A stretch of DNA of 64,000 nt, from NCBI GenBank assembly GCA_014905635.1, contig CM026548.1:1054001-1118000 (forward strand). Direction: 5' to 3'. Shown one piece after another: positions 37,073 through 49,278 of the stretch. The position numbers and the translations under genes are program-made. Source of the stretch: Scenedesmus sp. PABB004. Taxonomy: Eukaryota. The notes beneath the pieces are model-generated. The model saw only the letters and a list, made by a program, of their open reading frames with translations. It did no database searches and had not been told where the DNA came from. Numbering within the stretch: position 1 is the stretch's first letter; each line of letters opens with the position of its first letter.

Positions 37073-39371
37073 ATGCGGGGCCTGCTGGCGGGCGCCCCCG
37101 CGGGCGCGGGGCGCGCCCAATTGCAGCCGCGCCGCGGCCAGGCGTCCGGGCGCGGCGTCGCGGCGGGACCGCGCCTGCCGATCGGCCGGGCGGCCGCGCC
37201 CGCGCAGTCGCGCGGCAGCAGGCATGCCGCCCGCGCGGTGGCCTCGCCCGAGCAGCTGGCGGAGGCTGAGGCCCGCGCGGCGGCCGCGGCGGAGGCCATG
37301 AAGAGCGTGGAGAACGTGGGCTTCGACGTGCAGCGCTCCGCGCGCCTCTCGCGCGCGTTCCCGCTGACAGCAGTCGTCGGCCAGGACCTCATCAAGCAGG
37401 CGCTGCTCCTGGGCGCCGTGGACACCCAGCTCGGCGGCATTGCCATCGCCGGGCGCCGCGGCACGGCCAAGAGCATCATGGCGCGCGGCCTGCACGCGCT
37501 GCTGCCGCCGATCGAGGTGGTGGAGGGCTCGATCTGCAACGCCGACCCCGACGACCCGCGCGGCTGGGAGGTGCGCCTGGCCCCCCTGCGCGCCGGCCGC
37601 CCGCCCCGGGCGGGCGGGCGCGGCTCAGCGACTGGCCGCCGCGCCGCGGCCGCGCGACACCGCGCCGCGCCGCGCGCGCGCTCACGCCGCCGCCGCCGCC
37701 GCCGCCGCGCCCGCGACCGTGGCCGCGCAGGACGGCCTCGCGGAGAAGCTGGGCGCGGGCGACGTGCCGCGCCGCATCCGCGAGGCGCCGTTTGTGCAGA
37801 TCCCGCTCGGCGTCACGGAGGACCGCCTCGTCGGCACGGTGGACATCGAGGCCTCCATGAAGGTGCGGCCCGCGCCCGCGGCACGCCTCGGCACCGCGCC
37901 GCGCCGCGCGGGCGCTGCGGCGGGCTGCGGCGCTGCAGACGCAGGGGGCGGGCGCAGGGGGTCGCGCGCGGGCCGCTCGTGCGGGCCGCCGTCCCAGGCC
38001 GCCGCCGCTCACGCGCGCCCCTCCCCGCCCCGCCGCGCAGGAGGGCAAGACGGTGTTCCAGCCGGGCCTGCTGGCCGAGGCGCACCGCGGCATCCTCTAC
38101 GTCGACGAGGTGCGCCGGGGGGGGGGGGGGGGTCGGCTGGCTGCGCGCCGGGGGGCGGCTGGCTGTGCGCCGGGGGGCGGCTGGCTGTGCGCCGGGCGCG
38201 CCGGCGCGCCGGCCCTCACCGCGCGCCGCGCGCCGCGCCGCGGCCAGGTCAACCTGCTGGACGACGGCATCGCCAACCTGCTGCTCGGCATCCTCAGCGA
38301 CGGCATCAACACCGTGGAGCGCGAGGGCATCTCCATCAGCCACCCGTGAGCACGCCCCTCCCCCACGCGCGCCGCCGCCGCGCACGCCGCGGCCCTCGCG
38401 CCGCCGCGCCGAGCGCCGCCCCGCGCCGGCCCTGCCGCCGGTCCCGCTGCCGCGCCGCCGGGCCAGGTGCCGGCCGCTGCTGATCGCGACGTACAACCCC
38501 GAGGAGGGCCCGCTGCGCGAGCACCTGCTCGACCGCATCGCCGTCTGCCTCAGCGCCGACGTGCCGGGCACGAGCGACGAGCGCGTCGCCGCGATCGACG
38601 CCGCCGTGCGCTTCCAGGTGCGCGCGTGTGTTGGCGCGGCGCGCCGCGCGGCAGCGCGGGGGCGGCGGGGACGGCGCGGGGGAGGCGGCGGCGCCAAACC
38701 CGGCGGCCCCGCGCCCCGCGGCCGCCGCCGCGCGCAGGACACGCCGGAGCAGGTGTTTGCGGAGACGCAGGAGATGACCGACGGCCTCAACTCCTCGGTG
38801 CGCACCCACGCGCCCGCCGCGCCGCCGCCGCCGCCGGTCCCCTGCAAACGCGGGCCAGCGCGCGCCGCCGCGCAGCCAATGCGCGGCGCCGGTGCCGCCG
38901 CGCGCCGCCAATGCGCGGCGCCGCTGCAAATGCGCGCCGCGAATGCGCGCCCCGCCAACGCGCGGCGCCAATGCGCCCCCCGCCAATGCGCGGCGCCAAT
39001 GCGGCGCAGGTCATCCTGGCGCGCGAGTACCTCAAGGAGGTGGTCATCTCGCCCGACCAGGTCAAGTACCTCGTCGAGGAGGCGCGCCGCGGCGGCGTGC
39101 AGGTGCGCACTCGCTTAACCGCGGCGGCGGGGCGCAGCGGCGCTGTTTTTGCTGCGAGGGGTCGGGCCGGGCGGCGCCGCGCGCGCGCATGCCTGAGCGC
39201 GCCCCGCGCCCGCAGGGCCACCGCGCGGAGCTGTTTGCGGTGCGCGCCGCGATGGCCGCCGCCGCGCTGGAGGGGCGGGACAACGTGAACAAGGACGACC
39301 TGCGCCAGGCCGTCAACCTGGTCATCCTGCCGCGCGCCGTGCTGCTGGACCAGCCGCCGCCCGAGGACGAG

Positions 39372-39405
<34 letters not shown>

Positions 39406-41751
39406 AGGTGCGGCGCCGCGGCGCGCCGCGTGCTGCGCTCGGCCTTGGCCCCGCGCGGCCCGGCCACGGCCCCGCTGAGTGCCCCGCCGCGACCGCGACC
39501 GCGCCGCGCCCCGCAGGACAACATGGACGACCAGCAGGAGGAGCAGGACGAGGAGGAGAAGGACGAGGACAAGGAGGACGAGGAGGACAACAAGGACGTG
39601 CGTGCCGCGGCCGCCCGCCGCCTCCCGCGCCCTGCCCCGCCGCCGCCGCCGCCGCCTCCCGCGCAGCCGCGCCAGCTCACGCGCCGGCTCACGCGCCGCG
39701 CCCGCCGCGCCGCGCGCTTGCCCCGCGCCGCGCAGGAGCCGGACCAGGTGCCCGAGGAGTTTGTGTTTGAGGCGGAGGGGGTGATCCTGGACCCGAGCAT
39801 CCTCATGTTTGCGCAGCAGCAGCAGCGCGCGCAGGGGCGCAGCGGGCGCGCCAAGACCGTCATCTTCAGCGACGACCGCGGCCGGTGCGACGCGCGCGCG
39901 GCTGATGGGCCGGGGGCGGCGCCGCGCGCGCGGCGCTGCGCGGCAGCGCGCGGCGCGCGCGGCTGTTGGGCCGGGGGGCGGCGCCGCGCGCGCGGCGGCG
40001 CCCCGCGGCGGCTGGCTGCCGGGCCGGGGCTTGACAGAGCGACGCGGCGCGGCGCTGCAAACCGCCGCGCCGCGGTGCTGCAGGTACATCAAGCCGATGA
40101 TGCCCAAGGGCGAGCGCGTGAAGCGCCTCGCCGTCGACGCGACGCTGCGCGCGGCGGCGCCGTTCCAGCGCGTGCGTGCGCGCACGCGCGGCCGCGCCGC
40201 GCCGCGCCGCGCCGCGCGCGCCAGCAGCGGCCGCGTGCGAGCCCGCGCCGGGCGCGGCGCGGCCCCGACGCCGCGCGCCCCGCCCGGCCCCGTGCGCCGC
40301 GCAGATCCGGCGGCAGGAGGCGATCGACAAGGGCGCGACGCAGCGCCGCGTGTACGTGGAGCGGCCCGACATGCGCAGGTGCGGGGCCGCCCGGGCTGCC
40401 GCCGCCGCCGCCGCCGCCGCCGCCGCGCCGCCGCCGCCGCCGCCGCCGCCGCGTGGGCCCCGCCCGGGCTGCGCCCGCCCCGCGCGCGCTCACGCCGCCG
40501 CGCGGCGCGCCCCCGTTGCCGCTCCCGCGTCGCCGCTGCCGCGCAGCAAGAAGATGGCGCGGAAGGCGGGCGCGCTCGTGCTGTTTGTGGTGGACGCGTC
40601 GGGCAGCATGGCGCTGAACCGCATGGCCGCCGCCAAGGGCGCGTGCATGCGCCTGCTCACCGAGTCGTACACCAGCCGAGACCAGGCGCGCGCGGGGCGG
40701 GGGGCTTGCGCCGCGGGCGCCCCTCCCGCTGCCCGCGCGCCCCCGCCCGCGCCCCGCGCCGCCGCACACTGACTGGCCGCCGCCGGCTGGCTGCTCGCCG
40801 CCGCGCCCGCCCGCCCGCTCTCCCTCCCGCCACACAGGTCTGCCTCATTCCCTTCTATGGTGACAAGGCCGAGGTGCTGCTGCCGCCGAGCAAGTCCATC
40901 TCCATGGCGCGTCGCCGCCTCGACCAGCTCCCCTGCGGCGGCGGCAGCCCGCTCGCGCACGGGCTCTCGACCGCGGTGCGCACCGCGATCCAGGCGCAGA
41001 GCAGCGGCGACGTGGGGCGCGTGATGATGGTGCTGATCACCGGTGAGCGACGCGCCGCGGCGCGGGACGCAGGGCAGCGCGCCTGGGAACGCCGCCGGGG
41101 CCCGCGGCGGCGCGGCGCGCGGCGCGCCGCGCGGCGGTTGCTGGAGCGCGCCGCCGCGGCCGCGGCCGGCGCCGCGCCCCGCAGACGGCCGCGCCAACGT
41201 GAGCCTCGGCAAGTCCAACGAGGACCCCGCGGCGATGGACCCGGACGCGCCCAAGCCGACGGCCGAGGAGCTCAAGGTCAGCCCAGGGCCGACCCGCCCG
41301 CCCGCCGACCGCCGACCGACCGCCGCCCAGCGCGCCGCCGGCCGCGCAGGCCCGCAGGCCCGCGCGCGCGCGCGCTCACCTCGCCGCGCCCCGCGCCCCG
41401 CGCCCCGCGCCCCGCGCCCGCAGGACGAGGTGCGCGACATGGCCAAGAAGGCACTGGCCAACGGCATACAGATGCTCGTCATTGGTGCGCGCCGCGCCGC
41501 CCGCCCCCCGCTGCCCGCCCCCTGCCGCCCGCGCCGCGTCGCTCGCCGCCGGCGCGCCGCCGCTCACGCCCGCCGCCGCCGGCCGTGATGTGCCGCGCCG
41601 CGCAGACACGGAGAACAAGTTTGTGTCGACGGGCTTTGCCGAGGAGATTGCCAAGGCGGGCGGCGGCAAGTACTACTACCTGCCAAACGCCAGCGACGCC
41701 GCGATCGCGGCCGCCGCGTCGTCGGCGATGGCTGCCGCCAAGGCGATGTGA
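37073..41751 (+). CDS. CHLD: Magnesium chelatase subunit D (plastid)
   Basis: [52 protein letters not shown], poly-Pro/acidic linker, and a vWA domain with [36 protein letters not shown]. Confidence 0.97.
38875..39005 (+). repeat. Intronic minisatellite of about 8 (GC)CAATGCGC-like units in CHLD
   Basis: Repeated gccaatgcgc / gcaaatgcgc / gccaacgcgc up to the 3' splice site. Confidence 0.8.
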
Positions 41752-42000
41752 GGCGGCCGCGGGCGGGCGGGCGCGTCTGCGGCGTCTCGGGTCTCTCTCT
41801 CTCCTTCCCATGGGGCGGGGGTCGCGGCGGGGGGCCTCGGGTGTGCGCGGGCGCGTCTCTCTCTCCATCCTGGCCCCCGCGCGGGCCTCAGCAGCAGCGG
41901 CAGGAGTGCGCGGAGCGGCAGGCGCCCGCCGGATCGCGGGCGGGGCGTGTGCCGTGTGTTCGAGCAGGCGTGCATTGCGAGGAGAGGTCTGCGCGGCGCG

Positions 42001-42005
42001 TGTAA
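42001..42005 (+). promoter_or_regulatory. TGTAA poly(A) signal of CHLD
   Basis: TGTAA 250 nt after the stop codon. Confidence 0.6.
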
Positions 42006-42398
42006 TGCACGTGCTTGCGCTGCTGGCGCCGGGCGCGGCCGCGCGTGGCAGCGACGCAGCGGCAGCGGCGGCAGCGATGGCGGCAGCGCCAGCGCGCGGC
42101 CTGCGTGGCGCGGCCGCGCCGCTCATTGGCGCGCCAGGGTGAGGGGCGCGGGCTCGCCGTCGCGCACCGCGGTTGGGGGAGGGCGCGGTGCAGACCTGGT
42201 GCTCGTAACGACCCCGCGGCGCCCGGGCCGCGCGGTCGATCCGGGAGCGGCAAGCCTCAGCCTTCAGGACACCGCGGGCGCAGCCGCAGCTCCCTCCCCG
42301 GTCGCCAGGCCCACCAGCGGAGCGCGATCGGCCACGGCAGCAGCGCTCGCGCATGCGGCCCTGAGGCCGGCCGACGCCACAGCCACCGGCGCGCCGCG

Positions 42399-45300
42399 AT
42401 GCTGGCGCAGCGCAGCAGCGCCGGCCTGGGCCAGCGGGGCCTGGAGCGGGCGCGGCAAGCCCCCTTCAGCCGGGCGGTGCTGCTGCCCGCCCAGCAGCCG
42501 CGACCGGCCCCCCGCCGCCCACCCGCCAGCCCCTGGCCTGCCCCGCGGTGCACGGCGCGGGCGGCGCCGCAGCAGCGGCGCTGCCGTCGCGGCGGCCGGG
42601 CGAGCCGGCGCGGCGCGCGGGCGCCAGCGCGGCAGCGGCCGGCGGCGGCGCGCTCGCGGCGGCGGAGGAGCCGCGCTCGGAGCTGCAGAGCCTGATCCAC
42701 TCGGTGCCCTACAGGCGCCTGCTGCTCTGGGCGGCCGTGGGCGGCGTGGCGTGGCAAATGCACGAGTTCTTCGGGGTGCGGCGGCGCGCGCATGCGGCGG
42801 CGCGTGCATGCGGCGGCGCCTGCGCCCGGCGTCGCGCGCCCGCCCGCTGCGCCGGCAGCCCGCCAGACCCGCAGCAGCACGCGCCGCGCCGCGCCCGCCC
42901 CTGCCCCCTTCTGCCAGCGCGCCGCGCCGCGCCGTGCCGCCGGGCCCCGCCCTGCCGCGGCCCCACTCACCCACCCGTCATCACACACCACACACTGTGA
43001 CAGATTGTGATGGGCACCTTCATTGTGAGCTTCATCGGAAACTCGTTCATCACCAACACGTGAGCGAGGGAGGCACCGGCGGCCGCGCGGCGGCGCGCCG
43101 CCGCGCCGCCGCGCCGCAGCGCGCGCGCAAGGGCGGCCGCGCCGGGGCGCCATCGCCGCCCGCGCCCGCGCTCGCGCGCGCGCGCGCCCAGGCCACAACG
43201 CCCCCGCCCCGCCCCCGTGCCACAACGCCGCCGCCCCCGCCGCCGCCGCTCCGCGGCGCGCAGCATCGACGCGCAGCTGCTCGCGATGGTCACGCCCGAC
43301 CGCGGCGCGCGGCGGCGGGTGCTGGTGGTGGTGTACTTTGCGATCATCATCGCGTTCATTACGCTCTTTGGCGTCATGACCATCCCAGGCGCGCGCTTGA
43401 ACGGCCGTTAAAACGGCCGCGCAACGGCCGCTGCGCTCGAGCTCGGGCAGCCGGCGGAGCGCCGCCCGGCGGCGCGAGCAGCCGTGCACGGGCGCACACG
43501 GGCTAGCAGCCGCGCGCGCGCCGCAGCGGCCGCCGCCGCCGCCGCGCGGGCCGCCTACGCGCGCGCGCACGCCGCCGCCGCAGACATTGTGCGCGAGGGG
43601 GCGACTTCATTAAGCGGCTCAAGAGCGACAACGTGTGGGTCATCCTGGTCGAGAAGATGCGCCACGGCCTCGGGTGCGGCGCGCGGCGCGCGGCACCCAC
43701 ACTCGCCACCACCAGCGGCGGCAGCGGCGGCGGCGGCAGCGGCAGAAGCGGCGGCAGCGGCGGCAGCAGCAGGCGTGCACGCAGGCGCCGCGTCCGCGCG
43801 CGCTCACGCTGCGGCGCTCCCCCGTGCGCTGTGCCGCGCAGGGAGGTGGTGATGGAGAGCCTCGAGCGCTTCGTCATGCTCGCCACCAGCACCGACATCA
43901 CGCGCGCCGCGATCGACCACGGACACGTGCGCACCGCGCCGCGCAGGGCCCGCGCGCCGCGCCGCGCGGGGCCCGCGCGCCGCGCGCTACGCTGTCGCGC
44001 CGCCGCGCGCCGCGCCGCGCCCTGCTCACCCCGGCGCGCGCGGCGCCGCGCGGCGTGGTGCGCAGGTGTGGACGGCGGAGCGCAGCACGCAGCTGGGCAT
44101 GGCGGTGAGCAGCATGCTCAAGGGTTACACCACCACGGCGGCGCAGATCATCACGGCCATGCTCAAGAGCGTCACCAAGTTCACCATTCAGGCGCGGCGC
44201 GGCGCGGCGCGACGCGGCACGCGCAGCGCAGCGCGCGGCCGCGCCCCGGGGCCGCCCGCCTCTGCCCCAGCGCCGCGCCGCGCCGCGCCGCGCCGCGCCG
44301 CGCCGCGCCGCCCGGGGCGCCTCGTTCCTTGACCGGACGGCAGCCGTGGGTTGCGCGCGCGATCAGTGTCGTCACGCGCGCACCCGACGGCTGTCGTCCG
44401 GTCACGTCAACCGCCGCGCGCGCGCCCGGCGACGGCCGCGGCCCAACGGCCGCCGCCCGGCCGAGTGACGACGTGACGGTCAAACTAATGCCCCCCCCCC
44501 CCCCTCCCCGCACACGCGCCCCCGCACACGGCGCCGCGCAGGTCGGCGTGGCGATGATCTTTGGCTTTTTCATGCTCTGGGACCTGCCCACGATCAGCGC
44601 GGGCGTCAACAGCCTCACCAAGTCGCGCCTCGCGCCGCTGCACGCGGAGCTGAGCCCCGTGCTCAGCGTGTTTGGCAAGCTCTTTGGCCGCGCGCTCGAG
44701 GCGCAGGCGCGCATCGCGCTCGTCAACACCGCGCTGACCGCGCTCGGCATGTGGGCGCTCGCCATACCCGGCATCGGGTGCGCGCCGCGCCGCGCCGCGC
44801 CGCCCTCGCCGCGCCCTCTCGCCGCCCGCCCGCCCGCACCGTGCCGCCGCATCCCCCCACCCACCCACCCGCCCACACACACACACGCCACACCCACACC
44901 CACCCCGCGTCCCCCCCACGCTCGCCCCCGCCGCCCCGCGCGCGCCTGCCAGGCTGCTGTCCATGTTTGTCTTCATCTGCAGCTTCATCCCCATCGCCGG
45001 CGTGATCATCAGCACCACGCCCATCGGCTTTGTCGCGCTGACCGAGTACGGCTTCATCAAGCTCGCGCTCGTCATCCTCATGGTCACGGGCGTGCACTTT
45101 GTCGAGGCGCGCGCCGCCCGCGCTGCGCGCCCGCGCGCCGCGCGCCGCCCCCGCGCCGCGCGCCCGCGCCGCACGCCCGCGCCGCCCGCGCCGCGCGCTA
45201 CGCGCGCCGCCGCGCCCCCGCGCCGCGCCGCGTGGCCGCGCGCCCCCACGGCCCCCTCCTCCGGCGCATGACACCCCCTCGGCCGGAAACCCGCCGCCGC

Positions 45301-45890
45301 GCGCAGGCGTACATGCTCAACCCGGCGATCTACAGCGCGCACCTCAAGCTGCACCCGCTCATGGTGCTCGTGACGCTGGTGATCGCGGAGCACAGCCTCG
45401 GCGTGTGGGGCCTGCTGCTCGCGGTGCCGCTGACCGTGTTTGCGCTGGACTACCTCATACGCTACCCGGACTCCAGCGTCACAGAGGCGCGCGCGCGGCG
45501 CGGCGCGGCGCGGCGCGGCGCGGCGCGCGATAGTTTTTGGTCTGTCGTTGTGCTGCCCGCGTGCTGCCTGCGCGGGCTGCGCCGGGGCGTCGTGCGCTGG
45601 GCGACCGACCGGGCGCGCGTGCGCGCGTGCGTGCGCGTCTGCCTGCCGCGGCGCGCGCGAGCCGCGGGCCGACGCGCGCCGCTGCCGCTGCCGCGTCGCG
45701 CCGCGCCGCGCAGGTCGGCGCCAAGGAGCTCGAAAAGGTGATGCTCGCGACGCACGACGAGGGCGACCACGGCCCGCTGCCGGGCGCGCCGGGCGGCGGC
45801 GGCCCCGGCGGCGGCGGCGGCACGGGCGGCAGCAGCGGCGGCCCGGGCGGCAGCAGCAGCGGGGGCGAGGGGTACCCCCTCATCATCTGA
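42399..45890 (+). CDS. AI-2E (UPF0118/PerM) family membrane transporter
   Basis: Multiple TM segments; QARIALVNTALTALGMWAL, FICSFIPIAGVIIS, HFVEAYMLNPAIYSAHLKLHPLMVLVTLVIAEHSLGVWGLLLAVPL match the AI-2E C-terminal signature. The 5' structure is uncertain and a frameshift occurs near 43600. Confidence 0.85.
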
Positions 45891-46443
45891 GCAGCGGCGG
45901 CGCCGCTCGCGTGGCGGCCGCGCAGCGCGCCCCCGGGCCCGCTGGGCACGCGGCGCTGCTGGCGTGCCGCGCGCGGCGCTCGTGCGCCGCGCCGCGCCGG
46001 CTGTGTGTTTTGGAGCTGCCTGCCTGCTGCTGCTGGGTCTCTCGGCTCCGGAGGGGGCTGGCCGCGCACGCGGCGCGTGACCGGCTGGCGGCCGCCGCGG
46101 CGCGGGCAACCGATCGCCGCCGTGCGGCCTGCGCGGCAGCAATATCGCGGCGTCGGCCGCGCGTGGCGCACAGGGCCGGGCGCCTGCGGCTGCCGTTAAC
46201 CTCCAACACGCGCGGGCGCACGCGTCGCGACCGCTCGGCCCCCGCGCCCCGACGCGCCCGCCCGCGCCGGCGCGCCAGTGCGCTGCCCTCTGCCGCACTC
46301 CACGCAACCGGCACTCCGCCCGCCGACGTTCGCCACGCGACAAGCCGCCCCCGCCGGCGCTGCTCGCGAACAGCAGCCCTCCAACCCGGGCAATTCAGCG
46401 CCCGAGCTCCCGCGTGGCATCGGCCGCCGTCGCGCCCGACGCA

Positions 46444-47379
46444 ATGGCCGCCGCGCTGAGGCAGTGCGCGGGGTCGCGCGCCGGCTACAGCAGATCGTCG
46501 CAGCCCGCCCGGCCCAGCGCCGCGCAGGGGCAGCGCCTGGCCGCGGCGCGGTCGCTGAGCTGCGGCGGGCAGTTCCACCTGGCCTCCTGGGACGCGCCCC
46601 ACATGTGGGAGGCGCGCGCGCTGGCGCAGGCGGGCCCCGGCTTCGGCGCTGGCGCAGGTGCGGACCGCCGCGCCCCGCCGGCGCGCCCGTGTGGCGGATT
46701 TCGCGCCACGAGCACGCAGCCAGAGCAAGCGCCGCGGGGGGCAGCAGGGGGGCGGCGCAGCAGGGCGGTGCGCACGCGATGGCGCGCGCTGCTCCAGGCG
46801 GCAGCCCCGCGCGTGGGCGCCCAGCCTGCGACAGCGGGCCCAGGGCGGCCGCCAGGCTCGCCGGCGCGACGCAGCGCGACAGGGCGACAGGCGCAGCCGC
46901 AGGCGGTGTCGCCGCCGCCGCTGCTCCCCGCGGCACCGCGCCCACGCGCCGCGCCCGCCGCGCTGTGCCGCCGCTCGCAGCCGCGCCGCGCCGCCAGGTG
47001 GTGCGCATGGGCAACAAGGGCGCGGGCGGGCCGTTTGCGCCGCTCGTGGTCGTCGTGCGCAACGTGGTCGGCGAGAAGGACTTCAACAAGCTGCGCGGCA
47101 AGGCCATCTCGCTGCACTCGCAAAGTGCGCGCCGGCTGCGCCCGCGCGGGCAGGGCCGTGCCGCGCCGCGCCGCGCGGCCGTCAACGCCCGCGGGGGCCG
47201 GGCGGCCTCGCCGGCGTGCTCTCTCTCTCACGCCGCCCGCGCCGCCGCTCCCGCCGCCACGCGCCGTCCGCGCAGTCATCAAGGACTTTTGCAAGCAGCT
47301 GGGCGTCGACAACAAGCAGGTGCAGGGCGTCATCCGCCTGGCGAAGAAGAACGGCGAGAAGCTGGGCTTCCTGGCGTGA
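46444..47379 (+). CDS. PGR5: Proton gradient regulation 5 (cyclic electron flow)
   Basis: MGNKGAGGPFAPLVVVVRNVVGEKDFNKLRGKAISLHSQ..IKDFCKQLG..QGVIRLAKKNGEKLGFLA*, preceded by a transit-peptide exon. Confidence 0.96.
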   Translation: MAAALRQCAGSRAGYSRSSQPARPSAAQGQRLAAARSLSCGGQFHLASWDAPHMWEARALAQAGPGFGAGAGADRRAPPARPCGGFRATSTQPEQAPRGAAGGRRSRAVRTRWRALLQAAAPRVGAQPATAGPGRPPGSPARRSATGRQAQPQAVSPPPLLPAAPRPRAAPAALCRRSQPRRAARWCAWATRARAGRLRRSWSSCATWSARRTSTSCAARPSRCTRKVRAGCARAGRAVPRRAARPSTPAGAGRPRRRALSLTPPAPPLPPPRAVRAVIKDFCKQLGVDNKQVQGVIRLAKKNGEKLGFLA

Positions 47380-48271
47380 GGCGCTGGCGCGCCGCCGAGG
47401 GGGCGCGCCCGCCGGCGCCGCCGCGGCCGCGGGGCGCGGCGGCAGCCGGCGTGCGTGATTTTGGGGCGGCGCGCCACCGTGCCGGCCGGGCACGGCTGCC
47501 ACCGCCGGGGGCGGGCCGCAGCGGCCCCGCCCCCTCGCCTCTCTCGCTCTCTCTGTCGGTGCGCGGGGGCAGTCAGCAGCGGGGCGGGGCTGGAGCCGGC
47601 CGGGGATTATTCAGCGTCTCTTGGCGTGCGCAGCAGCGGCGGCTGGGCAGGGCGCGGCCCTGCAGCTGCAGGCTGCCGCCCGCGCCGCGTGCCCCGATAT
47701 CTTCGCGGCGCCGAGGGGCCTAGCTGCGCGCGAACGTGTGCCGGTCGAGAGGGGAGCCCTGTGCACGCGTGCATGACAGGCGTGTGCTGCGCCCGTACGT
47801 GTGCGGCGGCGGCGGCGGGGCGCGCCCTGCTGGGCAGCCGGCGGCGCGGGCCGCCATAGGAGGGGCGCCGCGCCCGCCGGCACTCCCGGCGGCCGCCCCG
47901 CCGCACGCGCCGATTGCTACACTTGCGAGAGCGGGAACTGAATCGGGGGTGCGGCGAGTGAGGAGAGGCGCCCTGGCCAGTGCCGGGCGGAGGCGAGCGG
48001 GTGGGCGGTCGACCAGTCGTCGCGGCAACAGGTCTTCTTGGTCGCGCTGAGCCCGCTGCCGCCGTCTCCTCCTCGCGCGGCAGCTGCTCGCCCAGGCGCG
48101 CTGCAGGCCCAGAACGATCAGCCCCGCCTCGCGCCGAGCTGCCGGCGCCGCGTCCGCCGCTGCTGCTGGCCGCGCTGCTCCGCTGCCGCCCCGCTGCTGC
48201 CGCGCCTGCTGCTCGCACCAGCTAACGCGACCGCTCCAGCGTGCCGCCCGCTCTGCCCTGCGACCGCGGGC

Positions 48272-49278
48272 ATGACGGTGCCGCCGGCGGCGTGGCGCAG
48301 CGTGTCGCTGTTCGGCGGCGCGATCGACGCCCGCCTGCCGGAGCGCTTCCAGGACGTGAGCGACTTCCGGCCCGTGCCCGACCACCAGGAGGTGCGGCCC
48401 GCCCGGCAGGAGCGCGCCGCGGCGGGCGGGAGCGCCGGCGCGACGCGGCCGCGGCGCCGCGCAGGTGTGGGCCGACGGCGCGACTGACCAGAGCGTGGTG
48501 ATCGAGATAGCGGTGGGGCCCGCGACGGCAGCCGCGGCCGCGGCAGTCGCCGCTGCCGCCGCTGCCGCGCCGAACAGCGGCGCCTCGCGGCCGCGGCGCC
48601 GCGCCCGCCAACGCGCTGCCGGCCTGGCCACGCGCGCAGGAGAGCGTCGACGCGTCAGACGCGAACGTGGGCCGCGTCGTGTTTGAGGACCTCGCGGCCG
48701 CCAACGACGCGAGCAGCAGCGCGGTCGACGACGTGCGGGAGCTGCGTGCGTGCCGCGGCGCGGCCGGGCCGCGCCGGGCGCCGCCGCCGTGCGCCCGCCG
48801 AGCCGCCGCCGCGCTCGCGCCGCGCCCGCCACCGCGCCCGCCAGCCTCTGCCGCGCTCACGCGCCGCGCCCCGCGCCCCGCGCCCCGCGCCCCGCGCCCC
48901 GCGGCCCGCGCCCCGCGCCCGCGCGCCGCCGCAGGGCCGGGCGAGGTGCCGCACCTGCCGCCCGGCGCGGCCGCGTGCCTCGTGTCGGGCAGCTTCGACG
49001 CGGCCAAGGCGCGCGACGGCCCCGGCGGCGCCAACAGCGTCGCGGTGCGGCTGGCGGTGCTGCGCCTGCCGGCGCAGGGCGCGGAGCTGCTGGTCAGCGT
49101 CAACGCGCCCACGCGCATCTCGCGCGCCAGCAGCGCGGCGGCGCACGTCGACGCGGTCGAGCCCGGCGCCGCGGCGGCGGCCGCGGCGGGCGAGGTCATG
49201 GCGGGCCTGCTGGTCAGCCTGCGCGTGCGTGACTGGGGGCTCTTCGGCGGCGCCGGCGGCGGCGCCGGCGACGGTTGA
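48272..49278 (+). CDS. MOG1: Ran guanine nucleotide release factor (Mog1/PsbP-like fold)
   Basis: LFGGAI..LPERFQDVSDFRPVPDHQEVW.D..TDQSVVIEI, FEDLA..ND, LAVLRL..AELLVSVNAP, SLRVRDWGLFG. Confidence 0.93.

Noticed and set aside
43596..43603. Frameshift in the AI-2E gene (DIVREG/DFIKRLKSDNVW) read as programmed frameshifting or a pseudogene
   Set aside because: One base is missing at a G homopolymer, as at the run near 12393-12399 and the shift near 22225. A long-read assembly indel is the simplest explanation, and the rest of the gene is intact.
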